Positions 12,001 to 22,283 of a stretch of DNA of 64,000 nucleotides are shown piece by piece; position 1 is the stretch's first letter; each line of letters begins with the position of its first letter. The position numbers and the translations under genes were made by a program. The notes under the pieces were generated by a model. The model did no database searches. It worked only from the letters and a program-made list of their open reading frames with translations, and was not told the DNA's origin. Source of the stretch: Scyliorhinus canicula (taxonomy: Eukaryota). Where the stretch lies: positions 140,720,404 through 140,784,403 of the forward strand of contig NC_052156.1 in NCBI RefSeq assembly GCF_902713615.1, written 5' to 3'.

Positions 12001-12128
12001 TAGGTTCCCATCCCCCTGCTGAATTAGTTTAAACCCCCCCGAAGAGCACTAGCAAATCTCCCCCCCAGGATATTGGTACCCCTCTGGTTCAGGTGAAGAC
12101 CATCCTGTTTGTAGAGGTCCCACCTACC
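9050..12128 (-). mobile_element. CR1 LINE, 5'-truncated within ORF1
   Basis: 3' tail (GTTCTAT)n, intact ORF2, ORF1 C-terminus YKQDGLHLNQRGTNILGGRFASALRGGLN* (SGNH-esterase-like DxxH). No TSD. Confidence 0.96.
9142..11907 (-). CDS. CR1 ORF2 (APE endonuclease + reverse transcriptase), uninterrupted 921 aa; frame stays open up to 12048
   Basis: NARS, SETW, MGDFN, SDH endonuclease motifs; DFSKAFD, GVPQGSVLGP, FADD RT motifs. Confidence 0.95.
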   Translation of the reverse strand: MKCVYFNARSIRNKVGELAAWVGTWDLDVVAISETWVEQGQEWLLQVPGFRCFCKNREDGKRGGGVALLIKESITAVERTLEDSSTEAVWAEVRNSRGEVTLLGVVYRPPNSPRDVEERIAKMILDRSESNRVVVMGDFNFPNIDWKYYSSSTIDGSVFVQCVQEGFLTQYVDRPTRGEATLDLVLGNEPGQVLDLDVGEHFGDSDHNSVMFTLAMGRDRYIPQGKNYSWGKGNYDAIRQDLGGIGWRRKLQGMGTIEMWSFFKEQLLRVLDKYVPVRQGGSCRAREPWFTKEVEALVKRKKKAYVRMRHEGSVRALESYKLARKDLKGELRRARRGHEKSLADRIKENPKAFYRYIRNKRMTRVRLGPIKDSSGKLCVESEEIGEALNGYFSSVFTLEKDNVVEENTQVQSTRLDGIEVQKEEVLAILENVKIDKSPGPDGIYPRILWEAREEIAEPLSLIFMSSLSTGIVPEDWRIANVVPLFKKGSRDNPGNYRPVSLTSVVGKMLEKVIRDRVYNHLEKNKLISDTQHGFVKGRSCLTNLIEFFEKVTKQVDQGKAVDVVYMDFSKAFDKVPHGRLLQKIRKYGIEGDLAVWISNWLAERRQRVVVDGKCSSWSSVTSGVPQGSVLGPLLFVIFINDLEEGVEGWVSKFADDTKVGGVVDSAEGCYRIQRDIDKLQSWAERWQMEFNAEKCEVVHFGRSNRNAEYWANGKILGSVDEQRDLGIQVHKSLKVATQVNRAVKKAYGVLAFISRGIEFRNHRVMLQLYITLVRPHLEYCVQFWSPHYRKDVEALERVQRRFTRMLPGMEGRSYEERLRELRLFSLERRRLRGDLIETYKIVRGLDRVDSESLFPRMVMTNTRGHSFKLRGERYRTDVRGSFFTQRVVGVWNALPATVVDSPTLRAFKWSLDRHMDENGIV

Positions 12129-12283
12129 CCAGAGTCAGCCTGCAGTTCACTGAGAGTTCATCAACGGGTAACAGGCTGGCTCTGTAGTAAGTCGATTAAA
12201 GCCTAGATTCATATCGGAAACACGTGTCTGGTGAATTGATGGTTCCATCAATTTAATCGACTTAAAAACAGTCAAGATCGATC

Positions 12284-13430
12284 ATGGAATCAGCCCTCAA
12301 GCCTGGATGCCTGGAACTCGACCCGCAGGATGCAGTGGCTAAAGAAATCTTCTCCTACTGGCTGCGGTGCTTCAAGGCCTACCTGGCAAAACAAGCATAG
12401 CCGAAACGACAGAGGAACAGAAGTTGAGTCTACTGCATGCGAGGGTGAGCCACAGAATCTCTACACGACTAAACTCGGCCGGTTCATATACTGCAGCGCT
12501 AGCAGTACTCGATAAGATATATGTGAGGCCCATTAACGAAGTTTACGTACGCCATGTGTTCACGACTCGCCGCCAGCGGCCTACAGAATCACTCGCCGAA
12601 TTTCTAAGGGAACTCAATAATTTGACCAATGACTGTAATTATCAAGCGGTTACCGCGGCTGAACATAGAGAACTTGCTGTACGCAATGTTTTTGTAGCGG
12701 GTCTCAGGTCTAATTATGTGCGCCAACGATTGCTGGAAAAGGGGACCCAAGACTTAGAAACAACTGTGGAAGCTGCTACCACGATGGAGGTCTCCTTCCG
12801 CAGCCTTAACTCGTTCCCCGTGGACCCCGCAACCCAATCATGGGCCCCCGACCAGCGACTCCCCCAGGCCTGTGCTACGCGGCCGCCCAGCCACCATGCT
12901 GCCCTAGCCAGCCACTATGCTGTTCCAGCCAGCCACCATGCTGCTCCTGCCTGCCATTTCTGCGGCCAGAACCAGCACCCGCGGCAGCACTGCCCGGCCC
13001 GCAACGCGACCTGCAGCAGCTGCGGGCGGAAAGGCCATTACGCAAGAGTGTGCCTCGCTAAAAGGGCCCCTGCTTCCCGCTCCCCAGCGGCACAAAGTAA
13101 TCGCTCCCCTCACCCGCAGGCCCGAATCGCTGCGGCCTATGCCCAGACTCCGCCCCCTCCAGCTACGTGCGATCCATGGGGGCCGCCATCTTGGCAAACC
13201 TCCACCACGCGGCCGGCCACATGCGACTCGTGGGGGCCGCCATCTTGGACGCCATCTTCCTCGCCGCCCGCCACATGCGATCCACGGGCCCGACCTGCAT
13301 CTCCGCGCTCGGACAACTTATCGGAAGAATACGACTATGAAGTCAGAGGGCAGTCATCACGGGGCCACTCCAGCACAGCTGATCGAGCCGCCGACTACCC
13401 GCAACTCAGCGCAGTCACTCTGGACCAATC
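12284..13430 (+). pseudogene. gag of Gypsy B (one early frameshift)
   Basis: ATG 12284 MESALKPGCLELDPQD...WLRCFKAYL, then the frame of ORF 12367; two CX2CX4HX4C knuckles (CHFCGQNQHPRQHC, CSSCGRKGHYARVC). Confidence 0.9.
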
Positions 13431-16245
13431 ATGCCGAAGCATCTGCGAAATTCGATGGCTGAGGTCCATATCAACGGGTACAAAACGCCATGCCTCTTCG
13501 ACTCCGGGAGCACTGAGAGCTTCATACATCCAGACCTGGTAAGACGCTGTTCGCTCCCCGTTTTCCCCGCGCAGCAAACTATCTCGCTCGCTTCAGGCTC
13601 CCATTCCATCCAGATCCAGGGGCGCACCGCCGCGACACTCACAATCCGAGGCGCTAGCTACTCAAAATTCAAACTCTACGTTTTGCCCGAACTCTGCGCG
13701 CCACACTTATTAGGCCTAGACTTTCAATGTAACCTCAAGAGCCTCACCCTCAGCTTCGGCGGGCCCCTGCCCCCACTCACTATCTGCAGCCTCGCTACGC
13801 TGCGAATCCCCCCCACTCCTCTCTTTGCCAATCTCACTAAGGACTGTAAACTCGTAGCCATTCGTAGCAGGCGGTATAGCCTGCAGGATAGGGTATTTAT
13901 CAGAGCAGAGGTCCGAAGTCTTCTCAGAGAGGGGGTTGTAGAGGCCAGCAATAGTCCCTGGAGAGCTCAGGTGGTGGTCGTTAAGACCGGGGACAAATTC
14001 CGTATAGTGGTCGACTACAGTCAGACCATAAATAGATTTACCATCCTCGACGCGTATCCCCTCCCCAGGATTGCAGACATGGTTAATCAGATCGCCCAGT
14101 ATCGGCTCTTCTCCACGGTGGATCTGAAGTCTGCATACCACCAGCTCCCAATCCGCCCGGAGGACCGCCACTACACAGCATTCGAGGCCGATGGCCGCCT
14201 CTTCCATTTCCTCCGGGTCCCTTTCGGCGCCACTAATGGGGTCTCGGTGTTCCAACGAGCAATGGACCGAATGGTGGACCAGTACGGGCTGCGGGCCACG
14301 TTTCCGTACTTGGACAATGTCACCATCTGCGGCTATGACCAGCAGGACCACGACGCCAACCTCCACCGTTTTCTCCAGACGGCACAGAAACTGAATCTCA
14401 CGTATAACAAGGAGAAATGCGTTTTCCGCACAACCAGACTAGCCATCCTCGGCTATGTCGTGGAAAACGGAGTGCTGGGCCCTGACCCGGACCGTATGCT
14501 TCTTAGAACTCCCCCTCCCCCATTGCCCCAAGGCCCTCAAACGGTGCTTGGGTTTCTTTTCCTACTACGCCCAGTGGGTCCCTCAATATGCGGACAAAGC
14601 CCGCCCACTCTTTAGGGCCACACGATTTCCCCTGTCAGCAGAGGCACGCCAGGCCTTCGACGGCATCAAGGAGGACATCGCCAAAGCGGTCATGCGGGCG
14701 GTGGATGAATCCTCTCCATTTCAGGTAGAGAGCGACGCCTCAGAGGTAGCTCTTGCAGCCACGTTAAATCAGGCAGGGAGACCAGTCGCATTTTTCTCCC
14801 GTACCCTCTCCACTTCAGAACTCCGACACTCCTCAGTCGAGAAAGAAGCACAAGCCATTGTGGAGGCTATCCGTTACTGGAGGCACTACCTTGCAGGTAG
14901 GAGGTTCACCCTCATCACCGACCAAAGATCGGTTGCCTTCATGTTCGACAACTCGCAAAGGGGCAAAATTAAAAACAACAAAATTGTGAGGTGGAGGATC
15001 GAACTCTCCACCTACAATTATGATATGAAATATCGACCCGGGAAGCTCAACGAGCCTCCGGATGCCCAATCCCGCGGGACATGCGCCAGCGCGCAGATCG
15101 ACCGATTAAAAGTCATCCATAATGACCTCTGCCACCCAGGGGTCACCCGGCTCGCCCACTACATCAGGGCCCGAAACCTGCCTTTCTCCAACGAGGAGGT
15201 AAAAGCGGTCACCAGGGACTGCCCGATCTGTGCGGAGTACAAACCACACTTCTATAGACCAGACAGGGCCCACCTGGTCAAGGCTTCTAGGCCCTTTGAA
15301 CGCCACTCCCCTCAACTAACAAGAACGTTTACTTTTTAAACGTCGTAGACGAGTTCTCCCATTTCCCATTCGCTATCCCGTGCCCCGACATGACCTCGCA
15401 CACAGTCATTAGGGCCCTGCATAGCATCTTCACCCTGTTTGGTTTCCCCAGCTACGTACACAGTGACCGGGGTTCGTCCTCCATGAGCGACGAGCTGCGT
15501 CAGTACCTGCTCGACAAGGGCATTGCCTCGAGCAGGACTACCAGCTACAACCCCAGGGGGAACGGGCAGGTGGAGAAGGAGAACGCGACGGTCTGGAAGA
15601 CCGTCCTACTGACCCTCCGGTCTAGAAAGCTCCACGTCTCCCAGTGGCAGGAAGTCCTCCGAGACGCGCTTCACGCTATTAGGTCCCTTTTGTGCACAGC
15701 GACCAATCAGACCCCTCACGAGAGGCTCTTCATTTTTTTCAGGGGCACATCCACGGGGGTCTCACTTCCGGCATGGCTGAGGACACCGGGCCCCGTACTT
15801 CTGAGGAAACACGTCAGGGCGCACAAAACTAACCCCCTTGTTGAAAAGGTGCGCCTGCTCCACTCCAACCCCCAGTACGCATTCGTCGAGTTCCCTGACG
15901 GCCGTCAGGACACGGTATCCCTCCGGGATCTGGCACCCGCCGGATCCAGCGCCCCCTCTACCCCCACAGAAGGACCCCTCACCCTACACCCCATGCTGCC
16001 GCCCCCCTCGCGCTCCCGAGCCCACGAGCTCGCTCCACCAGTTCCGCGCACCCGCGCCGGCCAGCCCCCAGCGCCCCCAGTCCCCGGTCGAACCAGGAGA
16101 GTATGAAGCTCGGATACAACCCTCCCTGGGGTCCGCCATCGTACCCCAGCGTATAACACCCATCCAGCCACCGCAAGAGGCTGCAACCCCGGTGCTCCGC
16201 AGATCACAGCGGACAATTTGACCACCGGACAGACTGACGTTGTAG
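13431..16245 (+). pseudogene. pol of Gypsy B (PR, RT, RNase H, integrase) with frameshifts
   Basis: LFDSGS; VDLKSAYHQ, YLDN; ESDAS, VEKEA; HPGVTR...CPIC; HSDRG, YNPRGNGQVE. ORFs 13431-14615, 14455-15339, 15390-16106. Confidence 0.92.
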
Positions 16246-16287
16246 ACCACCACCCCCGCCGGACTCGATGTTTTTGCAGGGGGTGAA

Positions 16288-16576
16288 TGTGGTGAATGTA
16301 ATATGATAATTCACACTATGTCTTTGTAAGCGCAGTAGCGTTATCTGACCACTAGGGGGAGTAGCTCTGGGAATGCTCAGGAGCTTGTACAGGGCTCCAC
16401 CCTTGGCTCGGCCCATGACTCCTCCCCCTTGTGCTGCTGTATAAATACCCTTGTCCAGAGTCAGCCTGCAGTTCACTGAGAGTTCATCAACGGGTAACAG
16501 GCTGGCTCTGTAGTAAGTCGATTAAAGCCTAGATTCATATCGGAAACACGTGTCTGGTGAATTGATGGTTCCATCA
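16288..16576 (+). repeat. 3' LTR of Gypsy B (289 bp)
   Basis: Direct repeat of the split 5' LTR; TATA box (tataaa ~16440); ATTAAA at 16521-16526. Confidence 0.95.
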
Positions 16577-16749
16577 TATTCAAAATAAAGTTTTGTTTTA
16601 AAAATAACCAAGCCCTATTTCTTCATGCAAACACTGCAAACACTCCTGGAGTGAATCATTCTTTCCACACAGTCTTACAAATAAACTAAAATATTGCGTT
16701 TCGGTCCAGTACCCTAGCCACTGTTCAGATCTGGTCTAGGATCGTAATA

Positions 16750-17022
16750 ATCTTTGTTATTGTCACAAGTAGGCTTACATTAACACTGCGATGAAGTTAC
16801 TGTGAAAATCCCCTAATCACCACACTCTGGCGCCTGTTCGGGTACACAGAGGGAGAATTCAGAATGTTCAAATTGGAGCAAACTGGAGTACCTGGAAAAA
16901 ACCCACGCAGACACGGGGAGAACGTGTAGACTTCACACAGACAGTGACACCAGCACGAATCGAACCCAGGACCCTGGAGCTGTGAAGCAGCAGTGCTAAC
17001 CACTGTGCTACTGTGCCGCCCA
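16750..17022 (-). repeat. V-type tRNA SINE with alternative 3' tail
   Basis: tRNA head and V core, followed by the tail gaacaggcgcc...cagtaacttcat...cctacttgtgacaataa. Confidence 0.85.
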
Positions 17023-17094
17023 TAATAATATGAATAATTGAGCCCCCCCTCCCTTCCACATCTCCCCCCATAATTATGTCCATATAGTGTGAGC

Positions 17095-17325
17095 CATCTG
17101 GCAATGGTAATGTTCTGACCTCATGTCAGAAGGTTGTGGGTGAGTTGAAACTCACTCCAGGCTGCGTAATCATGTCTGATACGCCAGGGCAGTACTGAGT
17201 GCTGCATTTCAGATAAAATGTTAAACCAACATCAATGAAACAGATTATCTTGTCATTATCATTCGCTTATTTCTGTTTGTGTGACCTTGCTGCATATAAA
17301 TTGGCTCTCAGAATTCCTAAATGCA
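17095..17325 (+). repeat. Degraded Deu-type SINE (SacSINE-like)
   Basis: cagtactgag, acagattatct...cattatc, tttgtgtgaccttgctg...aaattggct. Confidence 0.5.
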
Positions 17326-17884
17326 AGAAAAAATTTTGAGAGTCTCTGGTATAATTAACCAGAGATTCTAAACGGTCCCTCTGAGCTGCTTGCCTGTTAT
17401 GTTTGTCTTCACTTGCAATTTGTCAAAAAGTAATATATTGAAGTGAAGTAAATGAGAGGCTTGTGTCATCTAAGAGTGGCCAACAGAACAACCACTTTAC
17501 ATAAACCTATGATCATGCAGCATGCAGGTACTTTGCGTTGGTTACACATTTTGTGTTTGCTGCTTGCCACAACAAAATAAACAAATTGTCATGGTATCAA
17601 TGTAGAGTATCTGTTAAAACATGGTTTGCCTGTGCATTGGAAAATACATCAACATTTGCCTGGTGTGCTCTGCCTGCCTATGTCTTTGCCTCGAATGTGG
17701 TTCCTTCTCTAGTTTCTCTCTTATTTCCCTTCATGCCCTCTCAGAGTGCATCTTGTTCATGAGACACACCTTCTGTTATCTCAGCTCTATGCCCACTAAA
17801 CTACTGATCTAATTTCCCTTCATGGTTCCCAGGTTGACAGTTCTACCACCTCAGGTTCTGTCCCTCTTTCAGAGTCATTTGTAA

Positions 17885-18630
17885 ATAAAGGAGCTGAATA
17901 TTTTTTAAATGGAGAAAGAATGCAGAAAGCTGCAGCACAGAGGGATTGGGGGTTCTCATGCATAAATCACAAAAGGCTAGCATGTAAGTTCAGCGGATAA
18001 TAGGGAAGGCAAATGGAATGTTGGCCTTTATTTTAATGGGAATGGAGTATAAAAACAGGAAAGTCTTGCTAAAATGATACAAAGAACTGGTTAGACTGCA
18101 CCTGGAATGTTATGAGCAGTTTGGACCCTTTATCAAAGGAAAGATATGCCAGCATTGGAAGCAGTCAAGAGAAGGTTCATTAGCTTGATCTTGGGTGTGG
18201 AGGGATTTTCTTATGAGGAGTAGTTGAGTAGGTTGGGTCTGTACTCATTGGAGTTTAGAAGAATGAGAGGCGACATATAGGATTCTCAGGGGGCTTGACA
18301 GGGTAGATGCTGAGAGGATGTTTACCCTTACTGGAGAGCCTAAGACCAGGGAGGAAATCAAAGAGTAAGAAGTTTCCCATTTAAAGATAGAGATGAGGAA
18401 GAATTTCTTCTCGAGGGGAGTGAATCTGTGGAATTCTTTACCACAGAGGGTTCTATAGGCTAGGTCATGAAGTATGTTAAAGGCTAAGATAGGCAGATTT
18501 TTAATCAGTAAGGGAATCAACGGTTATGGGGGTAAGGTAGGAAAGTGGACTTGACGATTATCATATTGGATCATTGAATGGTGGAGCAGACTAAATGGGC
18601 TGAATGGGCTATTTATGTTCCTAAGTCTTG
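17885..18630 (+). mobile_element. Degraded CR1 3' fragment
   Basis: Remnants of LVRLHLE, LEAVKRRF, GLYSLEFRRMRGD, RKNFFS. Confidence 0.8.
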
Positions 18631-18759
18631 TGGCCTTATTGAGAGCACAAAGGAGACCATTCTACCCATTAAGCCAATGCCAACCCTCCATAGATATCTA
18701 CCATCAATACATTCCTCATCCAAACAACCCTTCACCCTCTGTCCTTGAAAACCTATGTC

Positions 18760-20350
18760 CTCACTCTAACCTCCCTTTCCTCTCCAACTCCCTGATATGT
18801 TGTAACCTCCCAATGTTGTGACCACCTTTCCTGAAGCTCCATATCTGAATCCCTCCGATGAAGTTCTTCCCTGCCACAGTACTGAAATGGCTCTTTTCAA
18901 AGTCACAAATGGCATCCTCTGTGACTGTGACAAAGCCAAACTATCCCTCCTTGTCCTTCTTGGTCTGTCGGCAGCCTACAATACACACCATCTTCCTTCA
19001 ATGCCTCCCCACTGTCATCCAGTTGGGTTGGCCTGGTTCCATTCTTATCCATTTAATCATTGCCATAAAAATTGATCTCAATAGCTTCTCTTCCTACCTC
19101 TTACCTCATATAGCCCCCAAAGATCTATATTGGTTCCCTCCCATTTCTCACCTACATGCTGCCCCTCTTCAATATCATCCAAAAACACGTCAATTTCCAC
19201 ATGTACATTGATGACACACAGCTCTACCCCATCATCACCTCTCTGGACCCCTCCACTGTTTGATTGTGGTCAGACTCCTTATCCAACGTACAGTACTGGA
19301 TGAGCAGAAATTTCCTCCAATTAAATGTTGTCACTATGCTATGCTGTCACTAAGACCATCTATTTCAACCTCCATAAAACACATTCTCAGTTTTTCTGCT
19401 GCTGTAACCCTCACCTATGCCGGTTACTTCCACCCTTGATGATTCCAATGCATCCTTTGTCAGCTTCCACATTCCACCCTCCATAAACTTGAAAACATTC
19501 AAAACTTTTCTCCCCATGTCCCAACTTGCACCAAATGTCATTTACCCATCATCCCATGCTCATTGACTCACACTGACTCCTGGTTAAACAATTGTTTGTT
19601 TTTTCATGGGATGTCCATAATGCTGGCAAGGCCCATCTCTAGTTGCCCACGAGAAGGCGATGGGAAGCCGCCTTCTTGAAGCACTGCAGTCCACCTAGTG
19701 CAGGCATGCTGACTGGCTTATTGGGCAATTATTGGGCACATGAAAAATTTGAATAAAAATTATTTTTTAAAAAAAGAGTGAACCACATCGATGTGGATCT
19801 GGAGTCACATGTAGGCCAGGATGGCAGGTTTCCTTTTGTGAACCAGACGGATTTTTATGACAATCAACAGTAGTTTCAATTCAAACCACTCAGAGAGTAG
19901 TTTTCAATTCCAGATTTATTCATTCATTTAAATATTTAATTGATTGTATTAAAATTCCACCAATTGCCAATGTGGGATTTGAACCCATCTCCCCAGAGCT
20001 TTAGCCCTTGGATTACTAGCCCAGTACCATTACCATTATGCCATCATCTCCCCTCTCAATTTAACATTTTTAACCTTTTCAAATTCCTCTTGGCCTCTCC
20101 CAGTAATTTTCTCCCTCTCTGAGATATCTGCCCTCCTCTAATTCAGGGCCCTTGAGAATATCTGATTATAATTGCTCCCTTCAGCTGCCTTAGGCACTAA
20201 GCTCCAGAATTCGCGACACAAACCTCTCTGTCATGAAACCACTTTTCTCCGGACATCCTTAAAACTTACCTCTTTCAACAAGTTTTTGGTCGTCTGCCCT
20301 AATGTGGCTTGGTGCCATTGTTTGTTTCATTTTTTGTTCACGCTTTGAGG
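18760..20350 (+). mobile_element. Degraded L2 LINE with a nested antisense CR1 piece and a ~50-bp L1 tail
   Basis: HSTEMALFKVTN, LLGLSAA, YIDDTQLY; L1 tail tgaaaaatttgaataaaaatt(A)n at ~19741-19775. Confidence 0.7.
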
Positions 20351-20644
20351 CAATTATGATTATGTTCATCATCTGGGGGGCTTGGCAGGGTTTTGCTGTG
20401 TTTGTAGGTGGCTGCTAAAGGGCGATCTGTGTCCAGAAGGTTTTCCTGCAAATAGGACAGGATACCACAGTTGAACGGGTTTTGGATAATTTGCTGGCAC
20501 AGGATTCCTTTCCTTGCATTTTCGCTTGGCCTCTGATGTGCTCCATTGTTTATTAAGTTGCACCCAGGTGTCGTGATCTTCTTCCTGGGGACTCAAGGGT
20601 GTTATCAAAACTACTAAATGAAGTCTTCAGAATGTCCCTGTTGA

Positions 20645-20860
20645 GGGGCAGCATGTGATGCAGTGGTTAGCACAGGGACTGCGGCACTGAGGACCTGGGT
20701 TCGAATCCCGGCCCTGGGTCACTGTCCATGTGGGGTTTGCACATTGTCTGCGTTGGTTTTGCCCCTACAACCCAAAGATGTGCAGGTTAGGTGGATTGGA
20801 CACATTAAATTGCCCCTGAATTGGAAAAAAAAAAAATTGGGTATTCTAAATTTAAAAGAA
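20645..20860 (+). repeat. V-type tRNA SINE
   Basis: tRNA head, V core, A-rich tail. Confidence 0.85.
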
Positions 20861-22056
20861 AATCCCTGTTGCGCTTCCTTTGACCCATCGCCATGAGTGT
20901 GCAGCCAGACTCAAACTCTCCATAAAAGATTGACTTTAGTAAAAGAGTGTCAGGCATTTTGACTACATGGCGGCCAAACACAGCTGTAATTGCCTCAAAT
21001 ATGATGTGGATGCTTGGCATGCCAGCTCAGGTGAGCATCTCAGTGTGTGGCATTTTATCCCACCATCTCACATTCAGAAACTTCTGAAAGCAGCTCCAGT
21101 GGTTGAGCTTCTTGGCATGGTGCTTCTACACAGGCCAACTCTTGCTTGCACGAAGCAGAGTGGGAATGATTATTGTTCTATAGATTTGTTTGGTACGCAG
21201 TCTTACTCCTCTTCATTCCCAGACTGATGTTCAAAGTCTGTCAAAGGCTACATTTGCTTTGGCAATTTTTGTAATTGTTGTGTCAATAAAGATAGCTCAA
21301 TCTGCTGAGATAAGTGAACTTACCCACAGCAGACAGCTTCTCGTCGTGGACTGAAACCTTGGGCTCAAGATATGCCTTTCCTGGAACAGACTGGTAGCTG
21401 ACTTCAGTTTTTCTTTGTGCTGATCATAAGACTAAAATTCTCACATGCACTGAAGAACAGGTCCATGCTACATTGCATGTCCAGTTCTGAACTGGTAGCT
21501 AACACAATATCATTGGCAAACAGAAAATTGCAAAGTACGTCCTTGGAGATTTTGGTCTTTGCCTAGAGTTGTCTCAAATTGAGTAGCTTCCCAGACATGT
21601 GATATCTGATTTTGATGCAGGATCACCAGCAGATAGCATGGTGGAGAAAAACATACCGAGGGAGGTTGTCACTAGCACACAGCCCTATTTAATTTCAGTA
21701 TTGGTTCAGAAGACTCACCATCATCCAGGGCACTCATGAGTCTGCTGTCATGGAACTATCAAACCATTATTATGAATGTCAGACTTTCAAATTTCTTTCC
21801 CAAAGGCCCGCCTTGTTGATTTTGTCGAAGACCTAGGACAGGTCAAGAAATGTGATGTAATAGGTCCATGTTCGTTTTTGGCATTACATCTGGAGTTGCT
21901 CAACTGCAAACACCATATTAAATGGTTCCTCAATCTTCTCTGAATGCACACTGGTTATCTCGTAGAAATTCCTGGTTGAGATTTTGCACTAAGTAGTTTG
22001 AAAGGATTCTAGCAAAGATTTTGCTGGTGCTGGAGAGGAATGAGATTCCTCTATGA

Positions 22057-22283
22057 TTTTTAAAAAAAATTTAGTGTACCCAATTCATTTTTTTCCAATT
22101 CTGGGGCAATTTAGCGTATTCAATCAACCTACCCTGCACATCTATGGATTGTGGGGCAAACCCCACGCAAACTCGGGGAGAATGTGCAAACTCCACACGG
22201 ACAGTAACCCAGAGCTGGGATCGAACCTGGGACCTCGGCGGCGTGAGGCAGCAGGGCTAACCCACTGCGCCACCGTGCTGCCC
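22057..22283 (-). repeat. V-type tRNA SINE
   Basis: Reverse complement of the SINE at 5631. Confidence 0.85.

Larger units (their letters stand above)
8885..16576 (+). mobile_element. Full-length Gypsy (Mag-like) LTR retrotransposon B; 5' LTR interrupted by CR1
   Basis: LTRs 8885-9049 + 12129-12250 and 16288-16576 (TGTGG...CATCA); TSD tactc/tattc; polypurine tract before 16288; order gag-PR-RT-RH-IN. Confidence 0.95.
8567..16748 (+). repeat. Probable older LTR (8567-8884 plus 16577-16748) split by Gypsy B
   Basis: Starts TGTAAG; after the insertion it continues with AATAAA and ends ...ggatcgtaa. Composition is LTR-like. Confidence 0.4.

Noticed and set aside
12887-13290. Short direct repeats as a CRISPR array
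   Set aside because: Eukaryotic context, no spacers, and they are in-frame coding repeats within gag.
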